Below are positions 43,211 through 54,243 of a DNA stretch of 64,000 nt, one piece after another; position 1 is the stretch's first letter; the number at the start of each line of letters is the position of its first letter. The DNA lies in the NCBI GenBank assembly GCA_049584975.1, contig JBAUYV010000179.1, positions 59 through 64,058 on the forward strand, given 5' to 3'. The position numbers were made by a program, and so were the translations under genes. Under the pieces are notes generated by a model. That model did not search any database, was not told the DNA's origin, and saw nothing but the letters and a program-made list of their open reading frames with translations. This DNA is from Xanthobacteraceae bacterium. GTDB lineage: Bacteria > Pseudomonadota > Alphaproteobacteria > Rhizobiales > Xanthobacteraceae.

Positions 43211-44094
43211 GCGGTCCGGCCGAACAACCCGGCAGGCCGCACCAGCAACACAATGACCATGATGACGAAAATCACCGTGCTCGACGCTTCGGGAAAAAAC
43301 ACCTTGGTTAGTCCTTCGATGATGCCAAGCGCGAATCCGGTCAGAATGGCACCCAGGATCGACCCCATTCCGCCAATGACCACGACTGCGAACACGACGA
43401 TGATGAGGTCGGAGCCCATTTGCGGCGAGACATTGTAGATTGGCGCCGCCATGACTCCGGCGAGTGCCGCAAGACCCACGCCGAAACCGTACGTAAGAGT
43501 GACCATGCGCGGCACATTGATGCCAAAGGCTCGAACGAGTGCTGGATCTTCAGTGGCGGCGCGCAGATAGGAGCCGAGACGCGTGCGTTCGATGGCGAAC
43601 CAGGTGGCAAGACACACCGCCAGCGAGAAGACGATCACCCAGGCGCGATAATTGGGCAGAAACATAAAGCCGAGGTTGCGGCCACCCTGCAGCACGGCCG
43701 GAATCTCATACGGCTTCCCGGACGACCCGAAGTAGTTGCGGAACAAGCCCTCGATGATGAGCGCGAGACCAAAGGTGAGGATCAGCCCATAGACGTGGTC
43801 GAGCTTGCGCACGTGCTGCAGGAATAGCCGCTCGATGAGAATGCCGGTCGCCCCCACAAGAATCGGCACGACGACGAGCGCGACCCAATAGTTCAGGCCG
43901 AAATATTGCAGCAGCAAATACGCGGCAAACGCACCCATCATATACTGGGCGCCATGGCTGAAATTGATGATGTTGAGCATACCGAAAATAACGGCAAGGC
44001 CGAGGCTCAACAACGCATAGAACGAACCGTTAATAAGACCGATCAGCAACTGGCCAAGCAGTGCTTGCGACGGAATGCCGAAAATCTCGACCAT
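43207..44094 (-). CDS. Branched-chain amino acid ABC transporter permease (LivH type)
   Basis: QLLIGLINGSFYALLSLGLAVIFGMLNIINFSHG is typical. The start is chosen at M11. Confidence 0.9.
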   Translation of the reverse strand: MVEIFGIPSQALLGQLLIGLINGSFYALLSLGLAVIFGMLNIINFSHGAQYMMGAFAAYLLLQYFGLNYWVALVVVPILVGATGILIERLFLQHVRKLDHVYGLILTFGLALIIEGLFRNYFGSSGKPYEIPAVLQGGRNLGFMFLPNYRAWVIVFSLAVCLATWFAIERTRLGSYLRAATEDPALVRAFGINVPRMVTLTYGFGVGLAALAGVMAAPIYNVSPQMGSDLIIVVFAVVVIGGMGSILGAILTGFALGIIEGLTKVFFPEASSTVIFVIMVIVLLVRPAGLFGRTA

Positions 44095-44187
44095 GCCTGC
44101 ACGCTCGGAGCGCTTGTCCTTCACGCCGCACCCGCTGCCGACGCCGCTCTCCGTGCAATGGAGAGCGGCTTCGATCGGTGGGCCCGT

Positions 44188-45408
44188 TCACTTCGCAGCG
44201 TTGACCAGCGGACAATTACCGTCTTTCAACGGGCGAAAGGCTTCGTCCGCCGGAATCGTTGAGCGCAGAATGTAATAGTCCCCCGGATATTTGGACTCTT
44301 CGGGCTTCTTCACTTCGAAGAGATAGGCGGGATGAATCTTGCGGCCATCAGCGCGGATCGTGCCCTTACCGAACAGCGGATCGTCTGTTGGCATCTCCTT
44401 CATTTTGGCAATGACGGCCTTGCCGTCTGCGCTGCTCTTAAGTTCGGCGACCGCTTTCAGGTAATGCGTGATCGCGGAGTAGACGCCTGCGTGAATCATA
44501 GTCGGGAATTTGCCGGCCCGCTCGGCCTGCCAGCGCTTAGTCCACGCGCGGTTTGCATCATTCATGTCCCAATACCAGGTTTCGGTCAGCACGAGGCCCT
44601 GCGCCACCTTCAGACCAAGAGCATTGACGTCACTGACGAACACCAGCAGCCCGGCAAAATGCTGACCGCCGGTCGTGATGCCGAACTCAGAGCCTTGCTT
44701 GATCGAATTGATGGTGTCGCCCCCGGCATTGGCGAGGCCAATAATCTTCGCCTTCGATTGCTGAGCCTGCAGCAGAAACGATGAGAAGTCCGCATTGTTC
44801 AGCGGGACGTTGACGCTGCCGAGAACCTTGCCGCCATTGGCCGTAACGACCGCCGTGGTGTCACGCTCCAAGGCATGGCCGAACGCATAGTCGGCGGTGA
44901 TAAAGAACCATGTGTCGCCACCAGTCTTCACCAGCGCCTTGCCGGTTCCATTGGCGAGCATCCAGGTGTCATACGTCCAGTGGATCGTGTTCGGCGAGCA
45001 TTTTGGCCCAGTGAGATCGGAGCTGGCCGCGCCCGAAACCAGGAACGCCTTGTTCTTCTCCCGCGCGACCTCGTTCACTGCCAGCGCCACGCCGGAATTC
45101 GGTACATCGACGATGACGTCGACGTGGTCGACATCGAACCATTGGCGCGCGATGTTGGCGCCGACATCCGGCTTGTTCAGCATATCAGCGCTGACGATCT
45201 CGACCTTCATGCCGTGGGCAACGGGGTTGAAATCGTCAACCGCCAGTTTGGCGGCTACAACCGATCCGGGGCCACCGAGGTCGGAATAGAGGCCCGACAT
45301 GTCGCTCATCACGCCGATTTTGACCGTGATTGGACTTTGTGCCTGCGCCGCGGTCGTCATCAGTGCGGCGAGCGCAAGTGCCAAGCTTGCTGCTGTTTTC
45401 ATTAGCAT
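44188..45408 (-). CDS. Leu/Ile/Val-type ABC transporter substrate-binding protein
   Basis: Signal peptide, then IKIGVMSDMSGLYSDLGGPGSV.AAKLAVDDFN, typical of the type-I periplasmic binding fold. Confidence 0.9.
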   Translation of the reverse strand: MLMKTAASLALALAALMTTAAQAQSPITVKIGVMSDMSGLYSDLGGPGSVVAAKLAVDDFNPVAHGMKVEIVSADMLNKPDVGANIARQWFDVDHVDVIVDVPNSGVALAVNEVAREKNKAFLVSGAASSDLTGPKCSPNTIHWTYDTWMLANGTGKALVKTGGDTWFFITADYAFGHALERDTTAVVTANGGKVLGSVNVPLNNADFSSFLLQAQQSKAKIIGLANAGGDTINSIKQGSEFGITTGGQHFAGLLVFVSDVNALGLKVAQGLVLTETWYWDMNDANRAWTKRWQAERAGKFPTMIHAGVYSAITHYLKAVAELKSSADGKAVIAKMKEMPTDDPLFGKGTIRADGRKIHPAYLFEVKKPEESKYPGDYYILRSTIPADEAFRPLKDGNCPLVNAAK

Positions 45409-45470
45409 CCTCCCTCTGGTATGGGCCTTCGGCCTTATGACTTCGATATCAGGCTTCTATATCAGATTTA

Positions 45471-46173
<703 letters not shown>

Positions 46174-46181
<8 letters not shown>

Positions 46182-46989
46182 GGCCGGTCCCCAGATAGGC
46201 CTCGCGCACAGCAGGATTGGCCGACACCGTCTTGTAGTCGCCTTCGGCCAGGATCTCGCCGCGGTTGAGCACGGTGATGCGGTCGCAGAGATTGGCGACG
46301 ACGCTGAGATTGTGTTCGACCATCAGAACCGTGCGATCCGCCGCGAGCGACTTGATCAGGGCGCTGATGCGATCGATATCCTCGCGGCCCATGCCCGACA
46401 TCGGCTCGTCAAGCAGCAGCATTTGCGGCTCGAGCGCGATCGTCGTCGCGATCTCTAGCGCGCGTTTGCGGCCATAAGGCAATTCCACCGCCAGCATCGT
46501 GGCGTAGGGCGCAAGTCCGACATCGGCGAGCAGCGCGCCGGCGCGGTCATCGAGCGCGTGGAGCACGCGCTTGCCGCGCCAGAAATCGAACGAGCCGCCG
46601 CGCCGGCGCTGCAGCGCGATGCGCACGTTTTCCAACACCGTGAGATGCGGAAAGACTGCCGAGATCTGAAACGAGCGGACCAGCCCAAGGCGGGCCACAT
46701 CAGCCGGTTTGAGCGCCGTGATGTCGCGCCCATCGAAGACGATGCGTCCGCGGGTGGGGCTCAAGAATTTGGTGAGGAGATTGAAGCAGGTGGTTTTTCC
46801 CGCGCCGTTCGGGCCGATCATGGCGTGAATTGCGCCGCGCGCGACCCGCAAGTTGACGGAGCGCACCGCGACAAAACCGGCAAAATCCTTGGTCAGGTTT
46901 TCGGTTTCGAGGACCGTATCGCCAGGCACCAGCCACCCCCACGCCGTCATTGTCGGCATATTCCGCGGAGGCGTAAAGGGCGGACGCAC
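46174..46989 (-). CDS. Branched-chain amino acid ABC transporter ATP-binding protein (LivG type)
   Basis: Walker A GPNGAGKTT, LPYG..R.LEIA and LLLLDEP. The start is uncertain (GTG 46989, ATG 46959 or ATG 46950). Confidence 0.9.
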
Positions 46990-47011
46990 GGGCGAACCGC
47001 ACTCGCAAATC

Positions 47012-47055
47012 TCAAAAAGGTTGACCCGCCCGGCGGGGACGGAGCCGGGCGGGTC
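47012..47055 (-). terminator. Rho-independent terminator downstream of the MFS gene
   Basis: Perfect 12-bp stem GACCCGCCCGGC/GCCGGGCGGGTC with a 9-nt loop, followed on the minus strand by AACCTTTTTGAG. Confidence 0.65.
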
Positions 47056-47201
47056 CAGGGATCGGCGCTATGAGGGGGAGCGGGGGGTTGCGCCGACAGT
47101 GGCGATCGGAACTTGCCACACTGGATGGGTCGCGCTGGCCGCCCGGAAGGTTCAGACTTCGATAATATTATTTTAGCTTGGGGTTAGGACCGCTGCAGCG
47201 C

Positions 47202-48752
47202 CTAGGCGCGCGCCGCCGGCATGGTCGCCTGCAGCGGCTTCTCCTCAAGGAGGAGCATGGCGACAAACGCGATCATCAACGTCGCGGCCCCGGCGAAGAA
47301 TATTTCGGAAAAGGCTTTTATCGAGGCTCCCGAGAATCCATGGCCGGCGGCCCCGGCCTCAGGCGCCTGTACCCCGACCAGGACCACGGCGCCGAACACT
47401 GCGACCAGGATCGTGCCGCCGAGCACCCGGGTGAAATTCATGGTCCCGATCGCCGCCCCGAGATGATTGGTGGAAACGGTGTTTTGCAAAACAACCTGGG
47501 TCAGCGGCGCCGTCGGCCCAAGGCCGACGCCGATGAGGAACAGGATGATCTCGAATTTCAGCGGCGTCATCGTGTCAGCCGTGTATGCAAGCGCCAGCAA
47601 CGCGGCCACGGCGATGAGAAGACAGGCATTCGGCAAGGCCTTGTAGTGTTTCACCCGACCGAGGAGCTGGCTGGAAAGGCCCGCACTGGCGTTGAAGGTC
47701 ACCATCAGGACGATGACGCTCAGCCCGGATGCTGTCGCCGACCAGCCCAGCGCGCTCTGCAGATACATCGGTAGAAACACATTCAGACCGATGAGCGCGC
47801 CCCAGGAGAAGCAGTTGGCCACCATCGCCACCCGCGCCACCGGGTCGGCCAGAATGGCTATGGGAATGAGCGGCTCGGTCGCCGTCAGAAGCCGCACGAC
47901 AAAGCCGGCGCCGAGCAGGATCGCGCAGGCAAACAGGGCAAAAACCGGTATCGAAAGCCACGGATAGCCCACGCCGCCGAGATTGAGCGCAAGCATGAAC
48001 GAAGAACTCGCCGCCATGATCAGGATCGCGCCGATGAAGTCGAGCTGGTGCGGGCGATCATAGCGCGGTAGGCGGCGGAGCACCGTCACGGCGAGAATGA
48101 CGGCGATGATGCTCAGAGGAAGATTCCACAAAAAGATCACCCACCAGTGCAGGTGATCGCAGATCCATCCGCCGAGCGCCGGGCCACAGGCCGCCGCCGT
48201 CGTGAAGGCGATGGAGAAATAGGCGTAATACTTACCGCGATCCTTTGGCGCCGCGATGTCGCCGAGAATGATTTGCGCGGTCGAAATCAGGCCGCCACCA
48301 CCGCACCCTTGCACGACGCGCCCGCAGATCAGCATCAGCATGGTCGAGGACGAAGCGCTGATCAGCGCGCCCGTCATGTAGACGCCGAGCGCGATCGACA
48401 GCGCGGCGCGCCGGCCGCGGATATCGGCGAACTTGCCGTAAAGCGGTGTGAACGCCGTTGCGGCGATCAGATAGGCGGTGATCAGCCAAGGCAGATCGTG
48501 CACATCGCCGAGGGCGCGGCCAATGGTCGGCAGCGATGTGGCCAGGATCGACTGGTCGACCGAGCCGACGAACACCGGCACCATCATGCCCATGGCGATG
48601 ATCCGCCGTTGCGCATGGGTCAACGGCTTGGGTCCCACGGATGGCGCGGCCAGTGGGGCGGCGGACGCAGCAGCGAAGCCTTCAGCGGCGGTCTGAGCGT
48701 CGCCTTGCGCTTCCGGCGACGCGGCGATGCGCCCGCTCCGATCGTCGTTCAT
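47202..48752 (-). CDS. MFS transporter, DHA2 (14-TMS drug/H+ antiporter) type
   Basis: About 14 hydrophobic segments, with a GKFADIRGRR (motif A-like) and LGPALGG. Confidence 0.85.
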   Translation of the reverse strand: MNDDRSGRIAASPEAQGDAQTAAEGFAAASAAPLAAPSVGPKPLTHAQRRIIAMGMMVPVFVGSVDQSILATSLPTIGRALGDVHDLPWLITAYLIAATAFTPLYGKFADIRGRRAALSIALGVYMTGALISASSSTMLMLICGRVVQGCGGGGLISTAQIILGDIAAPKDRGKYYAYFSIAFTTAAACGPALGGWICDHLHWWVIFLWNLPLSIIAVILAVTVLRRLPRYDRPHQLDFIGAILIMAASSSFMLALNLGGVGYPWLSIPVFALFACAILLGAGFVVRLLTATEPLIPIAILADPVARVAMVANCFSWGALIGLNVFLPMYLQSALGWSATASGLSVIVLMVTFNASAGLSSQLLGRVKHYKALPNACLLIAVAALLALAYTADTMTPLKFEIILFLIGVGLGPTAPLTQVVLQNTVSTNHLGAAIGTMNFTRVLGGTILVAVFGAVVLVGVQAPEAGAAGHGFSGASIKAFSEIFFAGAATLMIAFVAMLLLEEKPLQATMPAARA

Positions 48753-48933
48753 TAAGAGGCACTTACGCTGCGGCGTGCAGCACCCAGCGCCCCAGCACAT
48801 CATCACCGCCGTCATTACCGGCAAACAGGTCTGATGTCATTTGCTGATAGGGAACGCGGACCCGTTCGGGTGCATAGCAGCCTTGCCGCCAGGCAATTTG
48901 GCGTTGCAGCAAGGCTGTAGTCAGCCGTGCGAA

Positions 48934-49587
48934 CTATTGCTTAAGAGTGTTGGCGACATTGAAGCTCGCCCCAGTCTTCGACTTGACCTCATCGAGGCTC
49001 ACGTCGGGGGCAAGCTCGACCAACGTCATGCCCGAGCCGTCCTTGCGGTCGATGGTGAAGACGCCGAGATCGGTGATCACCATGTCGACGACGCCGGCCC
49101 CGGTAAGCGGCAAATTGCAGCTTTCCAGAAGCTTGGATTCACCTTTGGCGGAATGCTCCATGACCACGACGACCTTCTTGACGCCGCCGACCAAGTCCAT
49201 GGCACCGCCCATGCCCTTCACCAATTTGCCGGGGATCATCCAATTGGCGATGTCGCCGTTCTCCGCCACCTGCATGGCGCCGAGGATAGCGATGTCGATA
49301 TGGCCGCCGCGGATCATGGCGAAGGAATCCGCGGAGTTGAAATAGCTGGTGGACGGCAGCTCGGTGACGGTTTGCTTGCCGGCATTGATGAGATCGGCGT
49401 CTTCTTCACCCTCGAATGGGAACGGACCGGTGCCGAGCATGCCGTTCTCCGACTGCAACTGCACGCTCATGCCGTCGGGAATGTAGTTCGACACGAGCGT
49501 CGGAATGCCGATGCCGAGATTAACGTAGAAGCCGTCACGCAGCTCCTTGGCGGCGCGCGCCGCCATCTGATCGCGGGTCCAAGGCAT
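48934..49587 (-). CDS. scoB: 3-oxoacid CoA-transferase subunit B
   Basis: [12 protein letters not shown]...IP.......QSENG..G..P motif, including the catalytic SENG Glu. Confidence 0.9.
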   Translation of the reverse strand: MPWTRDQMAARAAKELRDGFYVNLGIGIPTLVSNYIPDGMSVQLQSENGMLGTGPFPFEGEEDADLINAGKQTVTELPSTSYFNSADSFAMIRGGHIDIAILGAMQVAENGDIANWMIPGKLVKGMGGAMDLVGGVKKVVVVMEHSAKGESKLLESCNLPLTGAGVVDMVITDLGVFTIDRKDGSGMTLVELAPDVSLDEVKSKTGASFNVANTLKQ

Positions 49588-49603
49588 TAGCTCTCAACTC
49601 CCA

Positions 49604-50341
49604 TCATGTTTCCTGTCCGGTGCCGGCGGGCGCGTCGGCCTTGTGGCGCTTGCGGACGGTACGCTGCTCGATGTGCTTGGTCGCACTCGGCACATGGATG
49701 ATGCGCTGTACATAGATGCCGGGCGTGACGATGTGGTCGGGATTGATGTCGCCGGGCTTCACTAGCTGCTCGACTTCGGCGACGGTGACTTTTCCGGCCG
49801 TGGCCATAGGCGGATTAAAATTGCGCGCGGTCTTGCGATAAACGAGGTTTCCCTCGGTATCGCCCCTGTAGGCATGAACGATGGAGAGGTCGGCGACGAG
49901 CCCACGCTCCATGACGTAGCGCTCGCCCTCGAACTCGCGCACGTCCTTGCCTTCGGCAATCTGGGTGCCGTAGCCGGTCCGGGTGAAGAACGCAGGAATC
50001 CCGGCGCCTCCGGCGCGGATGCGCTCGGCCAACGTGCCCTGGGGATTGAACTCGATTTCCAGCTCGCCCGCCAGATACTGCTGCATGAACGTCTTGTTCT
50101 CCCCCACATAGGAGGAGATCATTTTTTTGATCTGGCGGCTGTCGAGAAGAACTCCCAACCCAACACTATCGATTCCACAATTATTGGAAACGACGGTCAG
50201 GTTCTTCACCCCCGATTCGCGGATGGCTAGGATCAAGGCTTCGGGGATGCCGCATAGGCCGAACCCCCCGGCCATGATGGTCATGCCATCCTTAAGCAAC
50301 CCGGCCAACGCGGACCGCGCGTCCGCATGGACCTTGTTCAT
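49604..50341 (-). CDS. scoA: 3-oxoacid CoA-transferase subunit A
   Basis: GMTIMAGGFGLCGIPE.LI and SNN.G pattern. It lies directly upstream of subunit B. Confidence 0.9.
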   Translation of the reverse strand: MNKVHADARSALAGLLKDGMTIMAGGFGLCGIPEALILAIRESGVKNLTVVSNNCGIDSVGLGVLLDSRQIKKMISSYVGENKTFMQQYLAGELEIEFNPQGTLAERIRAGGAGIPAFFTRTGYGTQIAEGKDVREFEGERYVMERGLVADLSIVHAYRGDTEGNLVYRKTARNFNPPMATAGKVTVAEVEQLVKPGDINPDHIVTPGIYVQRIIHVPSATKHIEQRTVRKRHKADAPAGTGQET

Positions 50342-50402
50342 GACCTCTCCATTTCTCCCGGCCGATGCCGCTAGCCAATAGCGGGGCCGGCGGAAAGGTC
50401 AA

Positions 50403-50630
50403 CTAGCCGCCAGCGCCGTCCGCCTTGGTGCCGTTGATGACCGGCAGCCCGAAGGCGTGCGGATAGTAGTTCCAGCCCACGAAGAACAAGCCGAACAGTA
50501 CGCCAGCGATAATGGCGCCGACAAACTTGTTCCTGAAGGAAATGAGGCTGCCAAGGATCGCAGCAAAGAACGCGAAGGCGGTCATCAGCCCAACAAAGAG
50601 CCAAGGCACCTGCGAGACGTCGATTGGCAT
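50403..50630 (-). CDS. Small membrane protein
   Basis: 75 aa with two TM helices. No family recognised. Confidence 0.4.
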   Translation of the reverse strand: MPIDVSQVPWLFVGLMTAFAFFAAILGSLISFRNKFVGAIIAGVLFGLFFVGWNYYPHAFGLPVINGTKADGAGG

Positions 50631-50796
50631 TGTAAGCTCCCAATAGCCACAGATTAGGGACTATTCGCCCCAGCCCAATTTAGCCGAGGTTAAGGGCTAG
50701 GGCGATAGGTAGGGGTGGAACTGCACACAAGAAGATGCGGATCGTTTGAGGTCGATCTATGGCACGATCCGGCCCCGCTGGACTAATCTTAAGCCC

Positions 50797-51750
50797 ATGA
50801 CCAACCTACTCATTTTGCTCACGCTCCCGGAACCGATCCGCGGCCAGTATCGCGATCGCCTCAAGGCACGTTTCCCCGTTCTCAACATCCAACTGGTCGA
50901 TCATCACTCTAAAGTCAGCCCGTATATCGACTCGGCCGACGCGCTTCTCACCTTCGCGCCGATGCTCTCCGACAAGGTGCTGGAGGCCGCCGACCAGCTG
51001 AAGTGGGTGCAAGCTCTCGGCACCGGCGTCGACAATCTCATCGACCGGCCTTGCCTGCGCAAAGAGGTGATCGTCACCAACGTCCATGGCATCCACGGGC
51101 CGCCGGTCTCGGAAGCCGCCATGGCGGCGATGCTGGCGCTGGCGCGCAGCATACCGCGCGCGGTCCGGTGTCAGGACAAGCATCAATGGACGCGCTTTCC
51201 GGCGCAGCTTCTGCATAACAAGACCGTGGGGATTTTCGGCGTCGGGGTCATCGCCGAGGCGCTGGCGCCGAAATGCAAGGTGTTCGGCATGAACGTCACC
51301 GGCATAAGTTCGGTACCGCGCCCGGTGGCCGGCTTCGACCGCATGCATGCCAGCAGCGAACTGACCAAAGTGGCGGGCGAGTTCGACTTCTTCGTGCTGC
51401 TCACGCCGCTGACCGAAAGGACCCGCAACAGCATCGACGCAAAGGTGTTCGCAGCGATGAAGCCGACGAGCTTCTTCATCAATCTCGCCCGCGGCGGGGT
51501 AGTCGACGAAGCGGCTTTGATCGAGGCATTGCGGAGCGGACGCATCGCCGGTGCAGCGCTCGATGTGTTCAACGAGGAACCGTTGCCGGCAGACCATCCG
51601 TTCTGGACCATGGACAATGTCCTCATCACCACCCATCAGGGCGGTTTCTGCGACGTCTATATCGATCACGCATGGCCGACCCTTGAAAGCAACATGCGGT
51701 GCTTCCTTAATGGCGATATCGGCGGCATGATCAACGTCGTGCCGCACTGA
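50797..51750 (+). CDS. D-isomer-specific 2-hydroxyacid dehydrogenase family protein
   Basis: NAD-binding motif GIFGVGVIAEALA, followed by FINLARGGVVDE.AL..AL..G.I.GAALDVF..EPL. Confidence 0.85.
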   Translation: MTNLLILLTLPEPIRGQYRDRLKARFPVLNIQLVDHHSKVSPYIDSADALLTFAPMLSDKVLEAADQLKWVQALGTGVDNLIDRPCLRKEVIVTNVHGIHGPPVSEAAMAAMLALARSIPRAVRCQDKHQWTRFPAQLLHNKTVGIFGVGVIAEALAPKCKVFGMNVTGISSVPRPVAGFDRMHASSELTKVAGEFDFFVLLTPLTERTRNSIDAKVFAAMKPTSFFINLARGGVVDEAALIEALRSGRIAGAALDVFNEEPLPADHPFWTMDNVLITTHQGGFCDVYIDHAWPTLESNMRCFLNGDIGGMINVVPH

Positions 51751-51761
51751 GCTTCGCGGTC

Positions 51762-51822
51762 CGCTCGTCCCCGTGGAAGCGGGGACCCAATCTGGATTTC
51801 CGCGTACGCGGGAACAAGCGAA
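51762..51822. repeat. REP-like double hairpin related to the 115-304 family core
   Basis: GTCCCCG-TGGAAG-CGGGGAC, then TCCGCG-TA-CGCGGGA. Compare GGGACCCCAGTTTGCC..TCCCGCATTCGCGGGAATGAGC in the 115/1772 repeats. Confidence 0.6.
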
Positions 51823-51842
51823 GAAACGACGGGAGAAGCAAG

Positions 51843-53045
51843 TTGGAGCAACTGTCCGAACGCCTGCAGACGCCGATATCGACGGCGGAACTGGAACGCC
51901 GCTGGGTCGCAGTGCGTGCCGCCATGGAGCGCGACAAGATCGACGTCCTGTTGATGCAGAACAACGTCGACCAGATGGGCGGCTACGTCAAATATTTCAC
52001 CGACCTGCCAGCGACCAACGGCTATCCGCTCACGGTCGTGTTCCCGCGCGACGACCTCATGACTCTGGTGAGCCAGGGCCCGTTCGGCGGCGTCAACGAG
52101 CTCAACGGCAAGAGCGACGGCGTGCGCCGCGGCGTCAAGCAATGGTTCACAACGCCAAGCTACTCGTCCTGCTATTACACTGCCCCCTACGATCCCGAAC
52201 TCGCCGCCAAGGCGCTGGCGCCTTACGCCGGCGGCACCATCGGCCTGGTCGGCACCTATCAGATGTCGTTTGCCATGGTCGACTACATGCAGAAGGGGCG
52301 CTTTTCCAACACCAAGTTCGTCGACGCCTCCGACCTCGTCGATCGCATCAAGGTGATAAAAAGCTCCGAGGAACAAGATCTCGTGAGGCGCGCTGCGGTC
52401 ATGCAGGACGGCGCCATGCGCACCGCGTTCGCGGCGGTCGAGCCAGGCATGCGTGACCGCGACGTGGCCGCCGTTGCGCAGTGCTACAGCCAACGCCACG
52501 GCAGTGAGCACGGCATCTATCTGTGCGCTTCCATGCCCCCGGGCAAGCCGGCTCAGTTCGCGCAGCGCCATTACCAGAATCGCGTCATCCAGGAAGGCGA
52601 TGCGGTTGCGCTCCTGGTGGAAGATTCCGGGCCTGGCGGCATGTACACCGAGCTTGGCCGCACCTGCGTGGTCGGCAAAGCGTCGCAGGAGATGAAGGAC
52701 GAGTACGCGTTCGCGCTCGAAGCGCGGAAATACAATCTCAGCCTGCTCAAGCCCGGCGCACCGTGCAAGGACATCTTCGCCGCCTACAACGACTTCATGC
52801 GCAAAAACGGCAGGCCCGAGGAAAAACGCCTGCACTGTCATGGCCAGGGCTACGATCTGGTCGAGCGTCCGCTGATCCGCAACGACGAGCCGATGAACAT
52901 CGAAGTGGACATGAATATCGTCGTGCATCCGACCTATATGCGCGGTGGCATGCTGTCGTGGTTCTGCGACAACTGGCTTATCGGTCCGAACGGCCCGGGC
53001 GAACGGCTGCACCACTTCCCCGAGATCGTCACCGAACTCGGCTGA
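51843..53045 (+). CDS. M24 family metallopeptidase (creatinase/Xaa-Pro peptidase-like)
   Basis: N-terminal creatinase/prolidase-like domain (RW..VR..M....IDVLLM) and a pita-bread C-terminal domain (HCHGQGYDLVERP, VVHP). TTG start. Confidence 0.8.
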   Translation: MEQLSERLQTPISTAELERRWVAVRAAMERDKIDVLLMQNNVDQMGGYVKYFTDLPATNGYPLTVVFPRDDLMTLVSQGPFGGVNELNGKSDGVRRGVKQWFTTPSYSSCYYTAPYDPELAAKALAPYAGGTIGLVGTYQMSFAMVDYMQKGRFSNTKFVDASDLVDRIKVIKSSEEQDLVRRAAVMQDGAMRTAFAAVEPGMRDRDVAAVAQCYSQRHGSEHGIYLCASMPPGKPAQFAQRHYQNRVIQEGDAVALLVEDSGPGGMYTELGRTCVVGKASQEMKDEYAFALEARKYNLSLLKPGAPCKDIFAAYNDFMRKNGRPEEKRLHCHGQGYDLVERPLIRNDEPMNIEVDMNIVVHPTYMRGGMLSWFCDNWLIGPNGPGERLHHFPEIVTELG

Positions 53046-53139
53046 CGCGGCGCACAATGCATCGCTGGAATGCGCGGGCCGGCATTGACCGGCCTGCGGA
53101 GGCGATGCAGTCACGGGACCCGAAAGGGAAGAATCGCCC

Positions 53140-54117
53140 ATGAAGATGAAATTATTTGCCGCCTTTGTTGCGGCGTTGTCTGTTGCGTTCAACTTGCCTG
53201 CGCACGCCCAGAAATTTCCCGACCGGCCGGTGACGATGATCATCCCGTTCGCCGCCGGCGGGCCAACCGACGTGCTTGGCCGCGTCATCGCCGGCCGCAT
53301 GAGCGAAGTGCTGGGACAAAACGTCGTGGTCGAGAATGTCGGCGGCGCTGGCGGCATGACCGGCTCGGCGCGCGTCGCCAACGCGGCCCCCGACGGCTAT
53401 CAGTTTGTGCTCGGCACGGTTGGCACTCACGCGCAGGGCCAAACCCTTTACAAGCATCCGCTCTACAACGCCGCCACCGATTTCACTCCGGTGATCCTGA
53501 TCGCCGAAGTGCCGCTTGTGCTGGAGGCGCGTAAGGATCTGCCGGTCAACGACTTCAAGGATTTTGTTGCCTATGCCAAGGCCAACCAGTCGAAGATGCA
53601 GTTCGGCTCGGCCGGCGCCGGTTCGGCCACCCATCTCGGTTGCGTGCTGTTGAACCACACCATCGGGGTCAACATCACCCACGTGCCGTATCGCGGCACC
53701 GGGCCGGCGCTGCAGGACCTCGAGGGCGGCCGCATCGATTACATGTGCGACGTCATCACAACCGCGAAGCCGCCGATCGACGGCGGCCAGGTCAAGGGCA
53801 TCGCCACACTCGACAACAAGCGCTCGCCTGCCCTGCCCAACCTGCCGACCGCGGCTGAAGAAGGCACGTCTGTCGTCGCCTATACGTGGAATGCAATCTT
53901 CCTGCCGAAGAATACGCCCGAACCAATCGTCAAGACGCTCCATGACGCCGCGCTCGCTGCGATGCACACGCCGGCGGTGCGCGAGCGGCTTACGGGACTC
54001 GGAGCCGAGATCGTCCCCGACAACGAAGCAACATCGCAATACCTCGGCAGCTTCGTGGAGAGCGAAATCAAAAAGTGGGCGGCGCCGATCCAGGCGAGCG
54101 GCGTCAGCGTCGAATAG
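53140..54117 (+). CDS. Bug/TctC family tripartite tricarboxylate transporter substrate-binding protein
   Basis: Signal peptide, then FPDRPVTMIIPFAAGGPTDVLGR, VENVGGAGG and HVPYRGTGPAL.DL.GG.ID. Confidence 0.9.
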   Translation: MKMKLFAAFVAALSVAFNLPAHAQKFPDRPVTMIIPFAAGGPTDVLGRVIAGRMSEVLGQNVVVENVGGAGGMTGSARVANAAPDGYQFVLGTVGTHAQGQTLYKHPLYNAATDFTPVILIAEVPLVLEARKDLPVNDFKDFVAYAKANQSKMQFGSAGAGSATHLGCVLLNHTIGVNITHVPYRGTGPALQDLEGGRIDYMCDVITTAKPPIDGGQVKGIATLDNKRSPALPNLPTAAEEGTSVVAYTWNAIFLPKNTPEPIVKTLHDAALAAMHTPAVRERLTGLGAEIVPDNEATSQYLGSFVESEIKKWAAPIQASGVSVE

Positions 54118-54243
54118 TCGTCGGTTTGGCGCGGCATACCGGCTAACACCGCCGCTTTTCTTCTCCGCTTTGCGCGAAAAAATCCGCAATTGCGCCACCG
54201 TGAAGTCACTCCGCCTGTGCGGTATGGGCCGCACAAGTGAGCT

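Noticed and set aside
51666-53381. 571-codon minus-strand ORF, the longest in the track
   Set aside because: It is fully antisense to the M24 peptidase gene, which has clear family motifs. Its translation is Arg/Ala/Gly/His-rich with no recognisable domain, a typical high-GC antisense artefact. The same reasoning rejects 58237-59454, 53152-54234, 50806-51747, 40080-41192, 19112-20194, 3849-4595, 37106-37852, 34746-35546 and similar ORFs.
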